Source of the DNA: a virus
Virus record (IMG/VR): IMGVR_UViG_3300046657_000006
Coordinates: 1-64,000 of that record
Strand: one strand, 5' to 3'
DNA length: 64,000 bases
Every line of letters begins with the position of its first letter. The stretch's first letter is position 1. The notes beneath the pieces were generated by a model. It worked only from the letters and a program-made list of their open reading frames with translations, had not been told where the DNA came from and ran no database searches. The translations under genes were made by a program, and so were the position numbers. Shown one piece after another: positions 39,236-50,103 of this stretch.

Positions 39236-41815
39236 GTGGCAGCTAATTTCACCCAACTCTCAGTTCCCCTCGCACGCAATAGCGCGAACTTCGCGCCAAT
39301 AAAACCTCTTCAAAAGTTACTTCAAGATAAAAAACCCGCTTCTGACGATCAAGCCTCGGAGTTTGAAAAGGCCGTAAGACGTGTTTACCAAGCTCGAATG
39401 AAGTATGAGGAATCTGCGTGGAATGAACTTTACTCAATGGCGCAGTTAGTTGCTTTATTTAGAACTGGCAATCAACTTTTAGTTCGTCGTCCTTATGGCG
39501 TTGGCTATTATGTGCGCCCGATTGCCAATGACGATACTTACCGTCAGACAGCAATGAACATGATGGGTTTTCATTCTCAGATTTGCGAATCGAAAATCAC
39601 CGCCTCAAATCCAAATGTAAACATGCGAGCGGGAGATGATACTCCGCAGTCTATTGCGGCGGCTCAGGCATGTAGACCTGTGGTTGATTGTTATGAGACG
39701 GAGTGGTACACCTCGAAGTTTACGCGTAGGGAAGCTCTGGATTTACTGACGAATGGAATGTTCATTCATATCGTTCGTTGGAATCCTTTTAAGGGTGGGT
39801 GGTCGGTTCAGGAACGCCAAGTTTCTCAAGTCCAAAAGCAGTCTGATGATGGGTACGGAGAGTGCGCGGAATGCTCTTTTGTCGGACGCGCCCAAGACTT
39901 TGACGGCGAAGTTTGCCCAGAGTGTCAAAGTGGGGCAGTGGACGTTAAACCGCCGACAATGATTAACCTGAATCAAATTCGGATGGGTGAGTCTCGGCCA
40001 GTGGGTGAACCGGAATTGATTCGTACTCCGTTTCAAGGATGGAGATGGGACTTATCGAAAGACCTTGAAGAGTCAAGTTGGGCGATCTTCCGTCAAAGAA
40101 TCACTCAGGGTGTTGTGAACTTAATGTTGGGGGACGTAGTTATTCCCGACACGGATAGTTCCAGTGATCGGGGATTAGAGATTCTTCATGCCCTTGCCTA
40201 TGCCGGACAGGCTTTTCAAGGCCAGTCGAACCAGTCAACTTATGGCTATGGCCGCAATACTGATCGCCAACCGACTATGTGTGAGTTTTGGGTGTCGCTT
40301 GAAGATATGGCAGAGATTCAAATTGAAGAATCTGTGACTGTATCGGGGCAGACGATTCCCAAAGGCCGCATGAGTGATTTCTTCAAGGAGCCTGTTTGTA
40401 TTGTTGGTCTTAACGACATGTCGGTAGTCGTAGGAGTGTATGCGAGCGAATCCCACAAACAGCAAGCGATTACAGGTCAGTGGATTATGCAGTCGGATTC
40501 CGGCGCAGGACGAGGCATGGAAGACACTGCCGCCGTGCAGAGAAGATTCAACGCGGTAGACGGCCAGATTTATCAAGGCTTGGCAATGACCGCGACTCCG
40601 GCAATTCTGACAGACTCTCGATTCCTACATGACGATCAGGATGAGTATCTGTTTACTCCCGGCAAGAATGTTGGGATAAACATGAGTCTCTTGCCGCCAA
40701 ATTTAGGACTGAAGGATGCGTTCTTTCTAGGTAATCCGGGAAATGTCAGTCAGCAATATATAAACTACGGTACTCAGTTCCTTCGGCAGATGGCCGATAT
40801 TTCGTCTTTCGCAACCGAGTTTTCGGACGTGTTAAGCATTGATAACCGAACGGCTACCGGAGCGCAGATAAGCAACGCTTTGGCTAATTCACTTTATGGC
40901 CCAATGCTCGCGACTAAAGCCCAAGCAAGAGTAACAATAGCCAAGCGAATCGTAGAGCTTGTAGCGAAGCACGATGCGACTGAAAGATACTTTCCGGGCA
41001 AAGGTAATGCACGGGGAAGAATGGTTTCAGGGCGCGACTTGAAGGGCAAGGTTGTATTTGAGTTAGTTCCTAATTCAGAGCTTCCGGTTACAAGTTTTAG
41101 TCAGCAGACAGATGTAAGGGTGTTCTTTGAATCGTTTGGTGGCGCACCAATAGCAGCGCAGTTAAAGAAGGCTGATCCTGAGTTTTTCCGTGCGACCGCA
41201 GCGCCGTTTAACATCCCTTGGGGTAACGAGAGCGATGACGATATTTCAACGTTGTGCCTCGATAGACTCGAACAAATGAAGCTGAACCTTCAGGCGGGAG
41301 TTTCTGACCCGAAGATGTTGGCTCAGACGATTCAGCCGCCAATTTCGGTTATTGAACCCAAGCACAAAGAGAAGGCGGATTGGTACGCAGATTTTCTCGA
41401 TCTTAAACAAGGCCAAGAGTCTGATATTATTTTGCGCGAGGCTGTGACTGAAGTTTATTGGTTGCACATGAATTACGAAACGCAGAAACAGATTCCGCCG
41501 TCTTTGAATGCTGGCATCGTAGCCGCAGCAGGGCAAGCGCCGATGGCATTGGGCGCGGCGGCGTTACAGCAAGAACAAGCACCGCCTCAAGAGCAAGATG
41601 AGAGCACGCAGATTGAAGCTGACGTGGCTATGTCTCAAGCTGACAATGAAAACGATTTGAAGTTGAAGGCGATGGAGTCGGAAACAGCAATCGCTGTAGC
41701 AAAACAACAAGGGGAGAATCAGCTTGCGGCGACAAAGTTACAGGGTGAGAACCAGAAGGCCGTAGCTAAATTGAAACCCAGGCCTGTAGTAAGACCCGCA
41801 GCAAAGGCAAGCTAA
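39236..41815 (+). CDS. Portal protein (podovirus/P22-like)
   Basis: 859 aa, downstream of TerL; RTATGAQI motif, Q-rich coiled-coil C-terminal barrel, CxxC...CPEC insertion. Confidence 0.75.
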   Translation: MAANFTQLSVPLARNSANFAPIKPLQKLLQDKKPASDDQASEFEKAVRRVYQARMKYEESAWNELYSMAQLVALFRTGNQLLVRRPYGVGYYVRPIANDDTYRQTAMNMMGFHSQICESKITASNPNVNMRAGDDTPQSIAAAQACRPVVDCYETEWYTSKFTRREALDLLTNGMFIHIVRWNPFKGGWSVQERQVSQVQKQSDDGYGECAECSFVGRAQDFDGEVCPECQSGAVDVKPPTMINLNQIRMGESRPVGEPELIRTPFQGWRWDLSKDLEESSWAIFRQRITQGVVNLMLGDVVIPDTDSSSDRGLEILHALAYAGQAFQGQSNQSTYGYGRNTDRQPTMCEFWVSLEDMAEIQIEESVTVSGQTIPKGRMSDFFKEPVCIVGLNDMSVVVGVYASESHKQQAITGQWIMQSDSGAGRGMEDTAAVQRRFNAVDGQIYQGLAMTATPAILTDSRFLHDDQDEYLFTPGKNVGINMSLLPPNLGLKDAFFLGNPGNVSQQYINYGTQFLRQMADISSFATEFSDVLSIDNRTATGAQISNALANSLYGPMLATKAQARVTIAKRIVELVAKHDATERYFPGKGNARGRMVSGRDLKGKVVFELVPNSELPVTSFSQQTDVRVFFESFGGAPIAAQLKKADPEFFRATAAPFNIPWGNESDDDISTLCLDRLEQMKLNLQAGVSDPKMLAQTIQPPISVIEPKHKEKADWYADFLDLKQGQESDIILREAVTEVYWLHMNYETQKQIPPSLNAGIVAAAGQAPMALGAAALQQEQAPPQEQDESTQIEADVAMSQADNENDLKLKAMESETAIAVAKQQGENQLAATKLQGENQKAVAKLKPRPVVRPAAKAS

Positions 41816-41816
41816 G

Positions 41817-42209
41817 ATGCTCAAGACAAGTCAAAGCGGTAGATGGGAAATACTTTGTTGTTGGTGGTATCTCAAATTGCGGCGTAAGGATGTAAGCGCA
41901 AGTGTGTGGCTATCGCGCAAACGATGGGCATTGGGTTTCGGGAAAGGCGCTTGGCACCTATCTATTTGGAATGCTAGGAAATGGAGTTTCCTTGACTGTG
42001 GAACTAATTACCGAGAAGACGGCATAAGGATAGGAGGGGTTTGCTTTGTGCTGGCGCACGGTTGGTTGCTCGGAAAGCCGTTTGGCGGGGTCGGCTATTC
42101 AGAGTCTGAACCAGAAGACCGATTTTACCGAGTAGATGATTGGGACGTTCCCGGACAGAAGCCGCCTCCGAGCGGAGGGACACTTGAAGACGCGATGGGG
42201 TTTAGCTAA
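41817..42209 (+). CDS. Hypothetical Trp-rich protein
   Basis: Fills the gap between the portal and the next gene. Confidence 0.4.
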   Translation: MLKTSQSGRWEILCCWWYLKLRRKDVSASVWLSRKRWALGFGKGAWHLSIWNARKWSFLDCGTNYREDGIRIGGVCFVLAHGWLLGKPFGGVGYSESEPEDRFYRVDDWDVPGQKPPPSGGTLEDAMGFS

Positions 42210-43666
42210 TGGCATCACTTCGAGACTTATTGCGACGGACTCCCGGATTTGCTGGTGGGAACCTGGAAGACCAACTGACGCAAGCGGCTCAAGCTCAACA
42301 AGGCCAACGACCACAGAGCTTTCGCGAGCTGATGGGTGAGAATAATCCCGATCCGTTTATGCGGAACCCTAACGCGCTACTTGACAACCCAAATCCGCAA
42401 GTTCTTACTCCACAAAACCAGCAAGCAATTACACGCCCGCGAACTGTAACCAGCCCAGCGGCGGCATCTATGCGGGATATGATAACTCGCCAATCTGAAT
42501 CTCCGGTTCAGCGCCCAGACATGAACCCTGAAGCCAATCCTCTTCCGATGCGTCAGATGCAGCCGGAAATGAATCCGCTCCCTATGCGACCGTTTAGCAT
42601 GAATGGGCAGAACGTAGCAGGAGAAGACGCGCCGTTTGGTTCCAGTGGAGAACCGTTTAGCCCCGACAGGCCGCGTCGAACTCAGATGCGAGACTTTATT
42701 GCTGACGATGAAGCATTTTTACGAGACGTAGAACAGCAGCCTCGTAATTGGCGAGATAAAACAGTTGATGCAATCCGTGCTTTGAACACGAATTTTAACG
42801 GCGCGGGTCAAGTTTCCCCGCCAACCAAACGCGAACGAGAACTTGCGAGAGCGCAAAGTACACTAGGCCGCGATGTCACTTTGAGAGACAAGTCCACGGC
42901 AGCGGCAGCGAGAGAAGCGAATATCCTTGCCGCAGAAGAAAGACTCAAGCAAGGCGACAGGCGATTGGATTTAAGCGCCGACACCTTGAAGGCGCGTACT
43001 GAACGATGGAAGACAATGGGACGGAACGAACGTCGCAAAGATGCCCTTGCTATCTACAATTCTGGTGGAGCGAACGACCCTGAAACCCTGAGTGCCATTT
43101 CAGATGCTTTAGACCTTCCGGCTGACTTGAAACCGAAATTCGTCGCGGGTGAGATTGTTGCGCAGCCAGACGCGACGGGCGAAGTGCAGCTAATCAACAA
43201 GCGTGACGGGTCTAAAGTAAGTACGGGTGTAAAGACCTATGAGACAACTAAAGAAGCTGGAAGGGATGCTCGGCAGGAGCGTAGTGCGGTTGCTGCGATG
43301 GCTCGTACAAAAGCTCTAATTGGGGCAGGAATGGCAAAGTTGGGCGATCCATCTGTCATCGAATCTACCGTTCAGGATTTGGAAGATCAAGCGCAAGAGG
43401 CCGATGAGTCGGCAGCGGATTTAACCGAGAAAGGCTTTCCTTCACAGGGAGCGAAAGCAGCAGATAGAGCGGTAAAGTTGAGACAGTCTATTGCAGACCT
43501 GAAAGTAGAAGCAGGGAAGGTTCGCAGTGGTCAGGCTGCTGCTGGAACTGGAGCCCCGAAGTCAGGACGAACCATTGAAGGAGCAATTAGAGCGTTTACT
43601 AAAAGCCAGAAACGTGCTCCTACGCCTGATGAAGTAGCAAAGATGAAGGCCGCGTTAGGTCAATGA
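42209..43666 (+). CDS. Putative internal virion/ejection protein
   Basis: P/Q/N-rich N-terminus and helical A-rich C-terminus; precedes the giant internal protein. Confidence 0.55.
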   Translation: MASLRDLLRRTPGFAGGNLEDQLTQAAQAQQGQRPQSFRELMGENNPDPFMRNPNALLDNPNPQVLTPQNQQAITRPRTVTSPAAASMRDMITRQSESPVQRPDMNPEANPLPMRQMQPEMNPLPMRPFSMNGQNVAGEDAPFGSSGEPFSPDRPRRTQMRDFIADDEAFLRDVEQQPRNWRDKTVDAIRALNTNFNGAGQVSPPTKRERELARAQSTLGRDVTLRDKSTAAAAREANILAAEERLKQGDRRLDLSADTLKARTERWKTMGRNERRKDALAIYNSGGANDPETLSAISDALDLPADLKPKFVAGEIVAQPDATGEVQLINKRDGSKVSTGVKTYETTKEAGRDARQERSAVAAMARTKALIGAGMAKLGDPSVIESTVQDLEDQAQEADESAADLTEKGFPSQGAKAADRAVKLRQSIADLKVEAGKVRSGQAAAGTGAPKSGRTIEGAIRAFTKSQKRAPTPDEVAKMKAALGQ

Positions 43667-43667
43667 G

Positions 43668-46600
43668 ATGGACGAGGACTACGGAGATGTGATTTCTGCC
43701 GCGATGCCTACCCCCGCGCCTAAACTTACCAGAACGGTACGCGGAGCTGAGAAGCTTAAAGGCGTCCAACCCGATCTTGTAAATCATTGGAACAAACTTC
43801 AAGACGAATTCAGTAAGGCTGGCTTAAGCCCTGCGATCAAGTCTGGGTTTCGTACCGCTGAACAGCAAAACTCGCTTCATAGACGAGGCTATCCCACAAA
43901 AGGCAATGATGGGTACGTAAATATCTCCCCCCATCAAGAGGGGCGAGCGTTAGACATTTCTTTCTCTGCCGCCCAAAAACCCAAAGGCCGAGAGATTATC
44001 GCTGCGTATGCTAAGGCTAATGGTCTTCATGTTCCTTCTGATGAGCCGTGGCATCTAGCGATTCCGAAAGCACTAAAAGCACAACAAGATGACTATGCCG
44101 ATGTGATTGGCGCAGCGGTTCCGAGGGCTAAAACTGAATCTACAGCAACAGCGGATTCTTACGATGAGGTGGTAGCGGCTGCTGCGCCAAAGGGAAAACA
44201 GCCGTCGATTACTACCGCTTTAGATAAACTTACGGCAGACGTTACTAATCGCACGTCAAATATTAAAGCTCCCCGTCCTGCACATGAAGGCCAACCGCGT
44301 GCATCTACCGTGAACTTATCTTCAGATGAACTGCGCGTGATGAAGGGCGAGCAGCCTGTTGATCGTCAAGCCTACTCGCGACAGCAGGACGCGCAGGCGC
44401 GATTGAGCCGCATGCGGGATGAATCGTACCGTGAAAGACAAGCAAGAGAAGCGAAGGACATTGCGTGGCGTAAAGCGAACCAGCCCGAAATTGATCGGCA
44501 GACTGAATTGTACAAGCAAGACATTCGCAAGTCTGGTGGTAATGCTGTTCGATGGCTGACAGAGTTAGGTAAAAAGGGCGCTGGGCAAATGCTCGAAGTT
44601 TGGCCCGGCGACACGGCGAGAATTCACAGTGAGGCGGCAATACGCGCAGCCGAAGAAGAGGGAGCAAGTAGATCGCAACTATCTAAGGGCATACAAAATA
44701 TTGGCGCTGGTTTTATCGGTTCTGCTCCTGAACTTGGCGCAATGGCGTTAGGTATCCCTGCTCCTGCGGTGTTTGCTGGTGGCGGTGCAATCCGTTCCAA
44801 GTCAAGTGACCCGCTGGAAGTTGCCAATGTTGCCGAACACGGCGGGGCAACTGGATTGGCATACGAGATTCCCGGCGTTGGTGAGGGAGTGAAGAAGGTT
44901 CTCAGTGGCAGTGCCGCCACAGGGTTAGGCACGGCAGCGATTGATTTGGCATCGGGGGCGACCCCAAAGGAAGCCTTGATTAGCGGCGCGACTAACGCCC
45001 TTATGCGTGGTGTACCCGAAGCCGCAAGGATGCTCAAACATGGTGTCCCTGAACGCCCTGAAACCATAAGCGCCCAATTAGAACAGCGTGGTTATTCTTT
45101 AGTCCCTGAAGGAACTCCAAAACCGTCCATTCCGCGAGGCTTCAGAACAGAAAAGACACAAGATGGAGTTGTGTACTTCGATCCAAAAAGAATCAGCCGC
45201 GAAGAAATCAGAAACACTCCCACGCAAGAACTGCTTGGCCATTTAGAACCAAAATCGGAATCAACTACTGAAACCGTGGTAGCTAGAACTCCCGAAGGTA
45301 CAGAGATTCAGTCTTCAGCCGTTTCGCCCGAGAATGTAGAGAAACAAGCTGAAGTGATGCAGGAACAGTATCCCGCTGCCAAGATAGAAACAGGCGGCAA
45401 TGACCTTGCTGAAAAAGTGATTGCGGAGCGCGTTGAACCACAGAGGTTCCAACATCTTCAGTTTGGCGAAGTGGAGGCTCTACCTGATCAAGTTGGCGCG
45501 GGAAATGGCAGACTGAAAGTTGCTGAAGTTGCGAATCCCGAGAAGGTTCATTACGTCAAAAAGGCAGACTTACGTGGTCGCGGAAATGAAAGAATGGTTC
45601 CGCTGAAAACAGAACCTCAGAACATATCAACCGCGCCGCCGTTAAAACCTGAAACCGCTGCCGAGAATGCGGCGCGAATAGAAGACGCCAAGTCTCAACT
45701 TTCAGAACTCTCCCAAAAGAGAGGAGAAACGATTGAAACCCCCGTAGCCCCCAATAAATCCATTGACGCTGCGGATACTTCCGTGGAGGGGTTGGGGGCA
45801 ACCTCTCCATCTACTACTGCCGCTAAGAAGGCGAGCATGGCGGCTGATCGGGCAGAATTGGATTTGCCTGAACTTCCCCCTGCCGAACGTCGAAGTTGGC
45901 AAGAATCGCTCGACAAAGCGAAGGAAAAGGGCACACAGAACGCGGGTGTATTGGCCGATGAAGTTCTAAAGAGGCCGCGAGCGTTGAACGATACAGAGAC
46001 GGCGCAATTAGTTCTTCGCGCCCAAGAGGTAAAAAATGAACATAGCAGAGTAATGAAGGAAATCGGAGCCGCGAAGGACATTGAAACCATTCAAGCGAAA
46101 CGAGCGGAAGCGGAAGCACTTGAAGGGGAATTCGATAAACTAACTCAAGCGACAAAAGCATCCGGCACTGAAAAAGGCCGCAATCTGGCAAGCCAGAAAC
46201 TCACAATCAACCAAGACTTTGATTTAGTGAGCATGGTTCAGCGTGCCAAAGCCGCGAGAGGGCGAGAGCTGAGACCCGAAGAACGCGCCAAAATTGAGAC
46301 TCAGGCAAAACAGATTGAAGAATTGACTGCGAAACTTGCCGAAGCAGAAGACCGCGTCAAAGCTACGAGTCTGCAAAAAGAAATTGACAAGGTGGTTCGC
46401 CGTGGTCGCAGAGCAGAAACGAAAGCGACTCTTGATGATGAATTCGCAGATTTAAGAGCCCAATTCGCTCAAGCGCGAGCAGAAGCGCCAAGAGTGCAAG
46501 CGTCCGGTTTGGCGGGGTTAGACCCTGAAGGGAAACTAACAGTCTTGATCGGCAAGATGGCGCGGAACCGAGTGAAGGCGGGAACGGTTCAGGCTGAAGC

Positions 46601-48815
46601 CCTTGTGGATGAGATTTACTCTGCGATAAAAGAGCACGTTGAGGGCGTAACACCGAGAGACGTAAGAGATGTTATCTCAGGCTATGGAATTGAGAGCAAG
46701 GGACGTAATCAGTCTGAGGATGCAGTGCGATTGGGAACCATTCGAAGCGAACTTAAACGTCTTTCGGTTAAAGAAGATATAGAGGCAGGAAAACGGTTAA
46801 GCCCTGCTGATAAATCCCGTCAAACGCAACTTCTGAAGCAGGAAGCAGAGCTTCAACGGCGGATTGATCAGCGGGATTTCAGTCCCACGCCGAAACGCGA
46901 AGCGCCCGTTTACAGTCGAGAGACGCAGAAGATTCAAGACCGCGTTCAGAAAATCAAATCTGAGTATCAAGCAGAACTAGAACGTCAAAGTCCGTGGTAT
47001 TGGTTGAAAAACCTTTCAGGGATTCGTAAGGCGGGGATGCTCTCAGGCTATCTTACTCATGTCCGTAATATTGCGGGCACGGGTGGGTATATTGGTTTTG
47101 ATGAGGTTAGACGATTGCCGTCCGTAGTGGCCGACGCTGCGTTATCAAGCGTGACGGGGGTTCGGACTACCACGCTCAGTCCATCTGCAATGTTAGATGG
47201 AGTGCTTCAAGCTGTGAAAGTTGGCGGGCGTGAAGCGAAAGAAATCCTGAAGCATGGCGCACCAAAAGAACAACTAGAAAAACAGCAACTTCAGGAAATC
47301 AACACAGGCGTAAAAGCAATTGATAAGACTTTCAATTTAGTCTTTCGTGCCATGTCTGCATCTGACCGAGTTTTCTATCAGGGTGCTTTTAAGCGAAATC
47401 TAGTTGAACGTGCTCAAGCTCAAGCCAAAACCGAAGCGCGAACTAATAAATCCCTCGATTGGCGTACCCGTGCTAAAGAACTAACTGAGAACCCGTCCAA
47501 GGAAATGGATGCTGACGCGAAACATGACGCCTTAGTTGCGACGTTCAACAATAACAATCGGCTTTCAGACGCTATCAAGCGTGGACGCGGAGCGTTGGGT
47601 GCTGGTGGCAATTTTGCGCTGGACTTAGTTCTACCTTTTGATCGGACGCCAACTAACGTGATTGCAAGGGTGATTGAGGCAAGTCCCGCAGGGTACTTTA
47701 AGAACGCAGGACAAGCGGCTAAGGCTTTTTGGAACCGTAGTTTCACTCCCGCAGAGCAGAGAGCGTTTGTAGAGACTTTCGGACGTGCGACCACGGGAAC
47801 GGCGTTGACCGCTTTGGGATTTGCTCTGGCCGCCAAGGGGTTGCTGACTACAGATGATTATGGAACCACCTACCTTGAAGTTCGAGGGCGGAAAATCAAT
47901 CTGAGCGCGATTGCTCCACTGGGAACGCTATTGAGTGTCGGCGCGGGACTCCAAAAGCAACACGCCAAGGAAGATTCAACTAAGAGAAGTTACGCGGGAG
48001 CGGTTCTTAAACCTTTAGCTGATCAGCCATTATTAAAATCAAGTAGCCAAGTGTCTGATTTGGTGAAAGACCCGAACCGAAGCGCGGGGAAGTTTGTTGC
48101 TGGGCTAGCTTCTAGCTTCATTCCAATGAGCGGAGCGGTACGAACAGTAGGCGAAGCGATTGACCCCGCGCAGAAACGTTATCCCGACTCATCATTTTCA
48201 GAACAGTTCAAGCGCAATGTCCCTAAACTCAGAGAATCCCTTCCCGCAAGTCGCGTGAGACTTTTAGGTTCCGAAGTCAATAAGGCAACTCAAGAAGCTG
48301 AACGGCTAGGAGTTACCATCAAGGGAGCAGTAAAACAGCCTGACGAAACCTCGGAAGAATTTCAAAAACGTCAAGCGGTACAAAACGGAAACATCAAGGT
48401 TTTAATGGAAAACGTTATAGCTTTACCGGACTACGATAACGCCTCCGATGAGGACAAGACGAAGTGGCTGAAGCAAGCGTCTGAATATGCGTCTAAAGAA
48501 ACTCTTGAAAGTCTTCCTGAAAAGCCAGAGAAGAAGGAAGAGAAACAATTTCCAATGCCGTCAGCGAGCGTGGGATTTGAAAGTACATACCCTGCCGATG
48601 GCCTCGCAAAATATGAGCGCATGTCTGAAGCGCAACGTGTTAAAGTAAGAGATTCAATGGCACAGAAAGCGTGGATATTAACGCATTCTACGGCTCTTTC
48701 AGACGAAGAAAAGGCAGCGTACAAAGAGAGGTTGGATAAGCTCGGAATCACGCCTCGTCCAGCGGGAGAAAGGCCGAGGACAACAACCCTCAGGCAGCAA
48801 TTGATGGCACAGTAG
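43668..48815 (+). CDS. Large internal virion (ejection) protein with N-terminal M15-type Zn peptidase domain
   Basis: SGFRTAEQQ, SPHQEGRALDI and EPWHL motifs (D-Ala-D-Ala/L-Ala-D-Glu peptidase-like); long helical body; C-terminal PFDRTPTN region typical of large polyvalent proteins. Confidence 0.75.
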   Translation: MDEDYGDVISAAMPTPAPKLTRTVRGAEKLKGVQPDLVNHWNKLQDEFSKAGLSPAIKSGFRTAEQQNSLHRRGYPTKGNDGYVNISPHQEGRALDISFSAAQKPKGREIIAAYAKANGLHVPSDEPWHLAIPKALKAQQDDYADVIGAAVPRAKTESTATADSYDEVVAAAAPKGKQPSITTALDKLTADVTNRTSNIKAPRPAHEGQPRASTVNLSSDELRVMKGEQPVDRQAYSRQQDAQARLSRMRDESYRERQAREAKDIAWRKANQPEIDRQTELYKQDIRKSGGNAVRWLTELGKKGAGQMLEVWPGDTARIHSEAAIRAAEEEGASRSQLSKGIQNIGAGFIGSAPELGAMALGIPAPAVFAGGGAIRSKSSDPLEVANVAEHGGATGLAYEIPGVGEGVKKVLSGSAATGLGTAAIDLASGATPKEALISGATNALMRGVPEAARMLKHGVPERPETISAQLEQRGYSLVPEGTPKPSIPRGFRTEKTQDGVVYFDPKRISREEIRNTPTQELLGHLEPKSESTTETVVARTPEGTEIQSSAVSPENVEKQAEVMQEQYPAAKIETGGNDLAEKVIAERVEPQRFQHLQFGEVEALPDQVGAGNGRLKVAEVANPEKVHYVKKADLRGRGNERMVPLKTEPQNISTAPPLKPETAAENAARIEDAKSQLSELSQKRGETIETPVAPNKSIDAADTSVEGLGATSPSTTAAKKASMAADRAELDLPELPPAERRSWQESLDKAKEKGTQNAGVLADEVLKRPRALNDTETAQLVLRAQEVKNEHSRVMKEIGAAKDIETIQAKRAEAEALEGEFDKLTQATKASGTEKGRNLASQKLTINQDFDLVSMVQRAKAARGRELRPEERAKIETQAKQIEELTAKLAEAEDRVKATSLQKEIDKVVRRGRRAETKATLDDEFADLRAQFAQARAEAPRVQASGLAGLDPEGKLTVLIGKMARNRVKAGTVQAEALVDEIYSAIKEHVEGVTPRDVRDVISGYGIESKGRNQSEDAVRLGTIRSELKRLSVKEDIEAGKRLSPADKSRQTQLLKQEAELQRRIDQRDFSPTPKREAPVYSRETQKIQDRVQKIKSEYQAELERQSPWYWLKNLSGIRKAGMLSGYLTHVRNIAGTGGYIGFDEVRRLPSVVADAALSSVTGVRTTTLSPSAMLDGVLQAVKVGGREAKEILKHGAPKEQLEKQQLQEINTGVKAIDKTFNLVFRAMSASDRVFYQGAFKRNLVERAQAQAKTEARTNKSLDWRTRAKELTENPSKEMDADAKHDALVATFNNNNRLSDAIKRGRGALGAGGNFALDLVLPFDRTPTNVIARVIEASPAGYFKNAGQAAKAFWNRSFTPAEQRAFVETFGRATTGTALTALGFALAAKGLLTTDDYGTTYLEVRGRKINLSAIAPLGTLLSVGAGLQKQHAKEDSTKRSYAGAVLKPLADQPLLKSSSQVSDLVKDPNRSAGKFVAGLASSFIPMSGAVRTVGEAIDPAQKRYPDSSFSEQFKRNVPKLRESLPASRVRLLGSEVNKATQEAERLGVTIKGAVKQPDETSEEFQKRQAVQNGNIKVLMENVIALPDYDNASDEDKTKWLKQASEYASKETLESLPEKPEKKEEKQFPMPSASVGFESTYPADGLAKYERMSEAQRVKVRDSMAQKAWILTHSTALSDEEKAAYKERLDKLGITPRPAGERPRTTTLRQQLMAQ

Positions 48816-48824
48816 GGAGAACTT

Positions 48825-49399
48825 ATGGCACAAAATAATTTCCGTAACTTTATATCGCCCGACTTCCAGGCCTCTCAACAGCCAATGATGGAGTGGATGC
48901 CGTGGGAGAACCAAGAACAGCAAGGGGCAGATTTAGGTTCGATTCTTGGGCAGTTAAAACCACAAGGCCAAGCTCCAGCAATGGGTAAAGGAGACATGAT
49001 GGCAGGTGGCACACAAGGGAAGAATCCAATGATGGGTGCTGGAAGTGGCAAGAGTTCGCTATGACCTTTATACCGGATACTAACGCAGGGGCGTGGTCGC
49101 AGCTTTTCATTCTCGGAGCTACTTGGCCCTCAACTACTATCACGATGACACGTGACGATGTTGTCGTGATTCCTGTTTCCGCTGCGTTATACATCTATTC
49201 TCCAGAAGGAGACTTACTGGAAACTTTTGCGGCGTCAATTAGCGGTGGGGGTGTAATGACAATCGGCCCCGTATCCGCCGCAACGACAGCGGCGTTTAGT
49301 TGGACTTACGGAAATTCCGTACTGAGGGTTACTGAAAGCGGGAGCGTGGTGACTGACCTCCTTGCTGGCAATGCGACGGTTCGCAATTACGCTGATTGA
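48825..49399 (+). CDS. Two small virion-module genes (48825-49064, 49061-49399)
   Basis: Coupled ORFs. Confidence 0.55.
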
Positions 49400-50103
49400 T
49401 GAGTGATATTACTGTTAACATAACCCAAGGGCAGATTATCGTCGCGGAACTAAACCGGGGACAGTCGGGCTATTCCGGTCGTTCTGGATTCTCCGGTTAT
49501 TCAGGGGCAAATCCCGGCGCTTCCGGCTACTCTGGGTACTCAGGGAAAAGCGGTTATTCAGGAATCTCGGGTAAGTCGGGGTATTCCGGGGCGAGTGGTT
49601 TTTCAGGATACTCAGGACGGTCAGCATACTCAGGATATTCAGGAATTGCGACATCGGGATATTCCGGGTATTCCGGCACAAGTGGGTTTAGTGGTTACTC
49701 AGGGAAGTCAGGCTATAGCGGGATTTCGGGCTACAGTGGATATTCTGGGGCACTCGCAGGAACGCCAACAGTTTATGTCGCTCTGTTAACCCAAACGTCA
49801 ACTAATGCTCCTGTTGCGACCGTATTGGTTAACACGCTTGGAAGTACGCCAAGCTGGGGTTATACGAGTCAGGGTATTTACACTGCGACCGCGACAGGGG
49901 TTTTCACGGCGAACAAGACGGGAGTTTTCATGTCGCCGCTCCCGCATTTAAGTGCGACTGCGACCCAGATCGCAGAATACCAACACACTTCGGCAGACGT
50001 GATTACAATTCAAACTATGGCGCAAGATGGCACTAACAGTTTAAGTAGCCTCTCCAATGGGCGATTGACTGATACAATGATACGCGTTGAGGTCTATCCG
50101 TGA
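49396..50103 (+). CDS. (Gly-X-Ser)n collagen-like fibre protein
   Basis: About 30 GxS triplets (GYS, GFS, GKS, GIS) at 49459-49752; C-terminal VYVALLTQ...AP...NTLG beta domain. Confidence 0.8.
   Translation: MMSDITVNITQGQIIVAELNRGQSGYSGRSGFSGYSGANPGASGYSGYSGKSGYSGISGKSGYSGASGFSGYSGRSAYSGYSGIATSGYSGYSGTSGFSGYSGKSGYSGISGYSGYSGALAGTPTVYVALLTQTSTNAPVATVLVNTLGSTPSWGYTSQGIYTATATGVFTANKTGVFMSPLPHLSATATQIAEYQHTSADVITIQTMAQDGTNSLSSLSNGRLTDTMIRVEVYP

Noticed and set aside
49459-49752. DNA-level tandem repeat or VNTR
   Set aside because: Codons vary freely among triplets, so the repeat is conserved at the protein level only.
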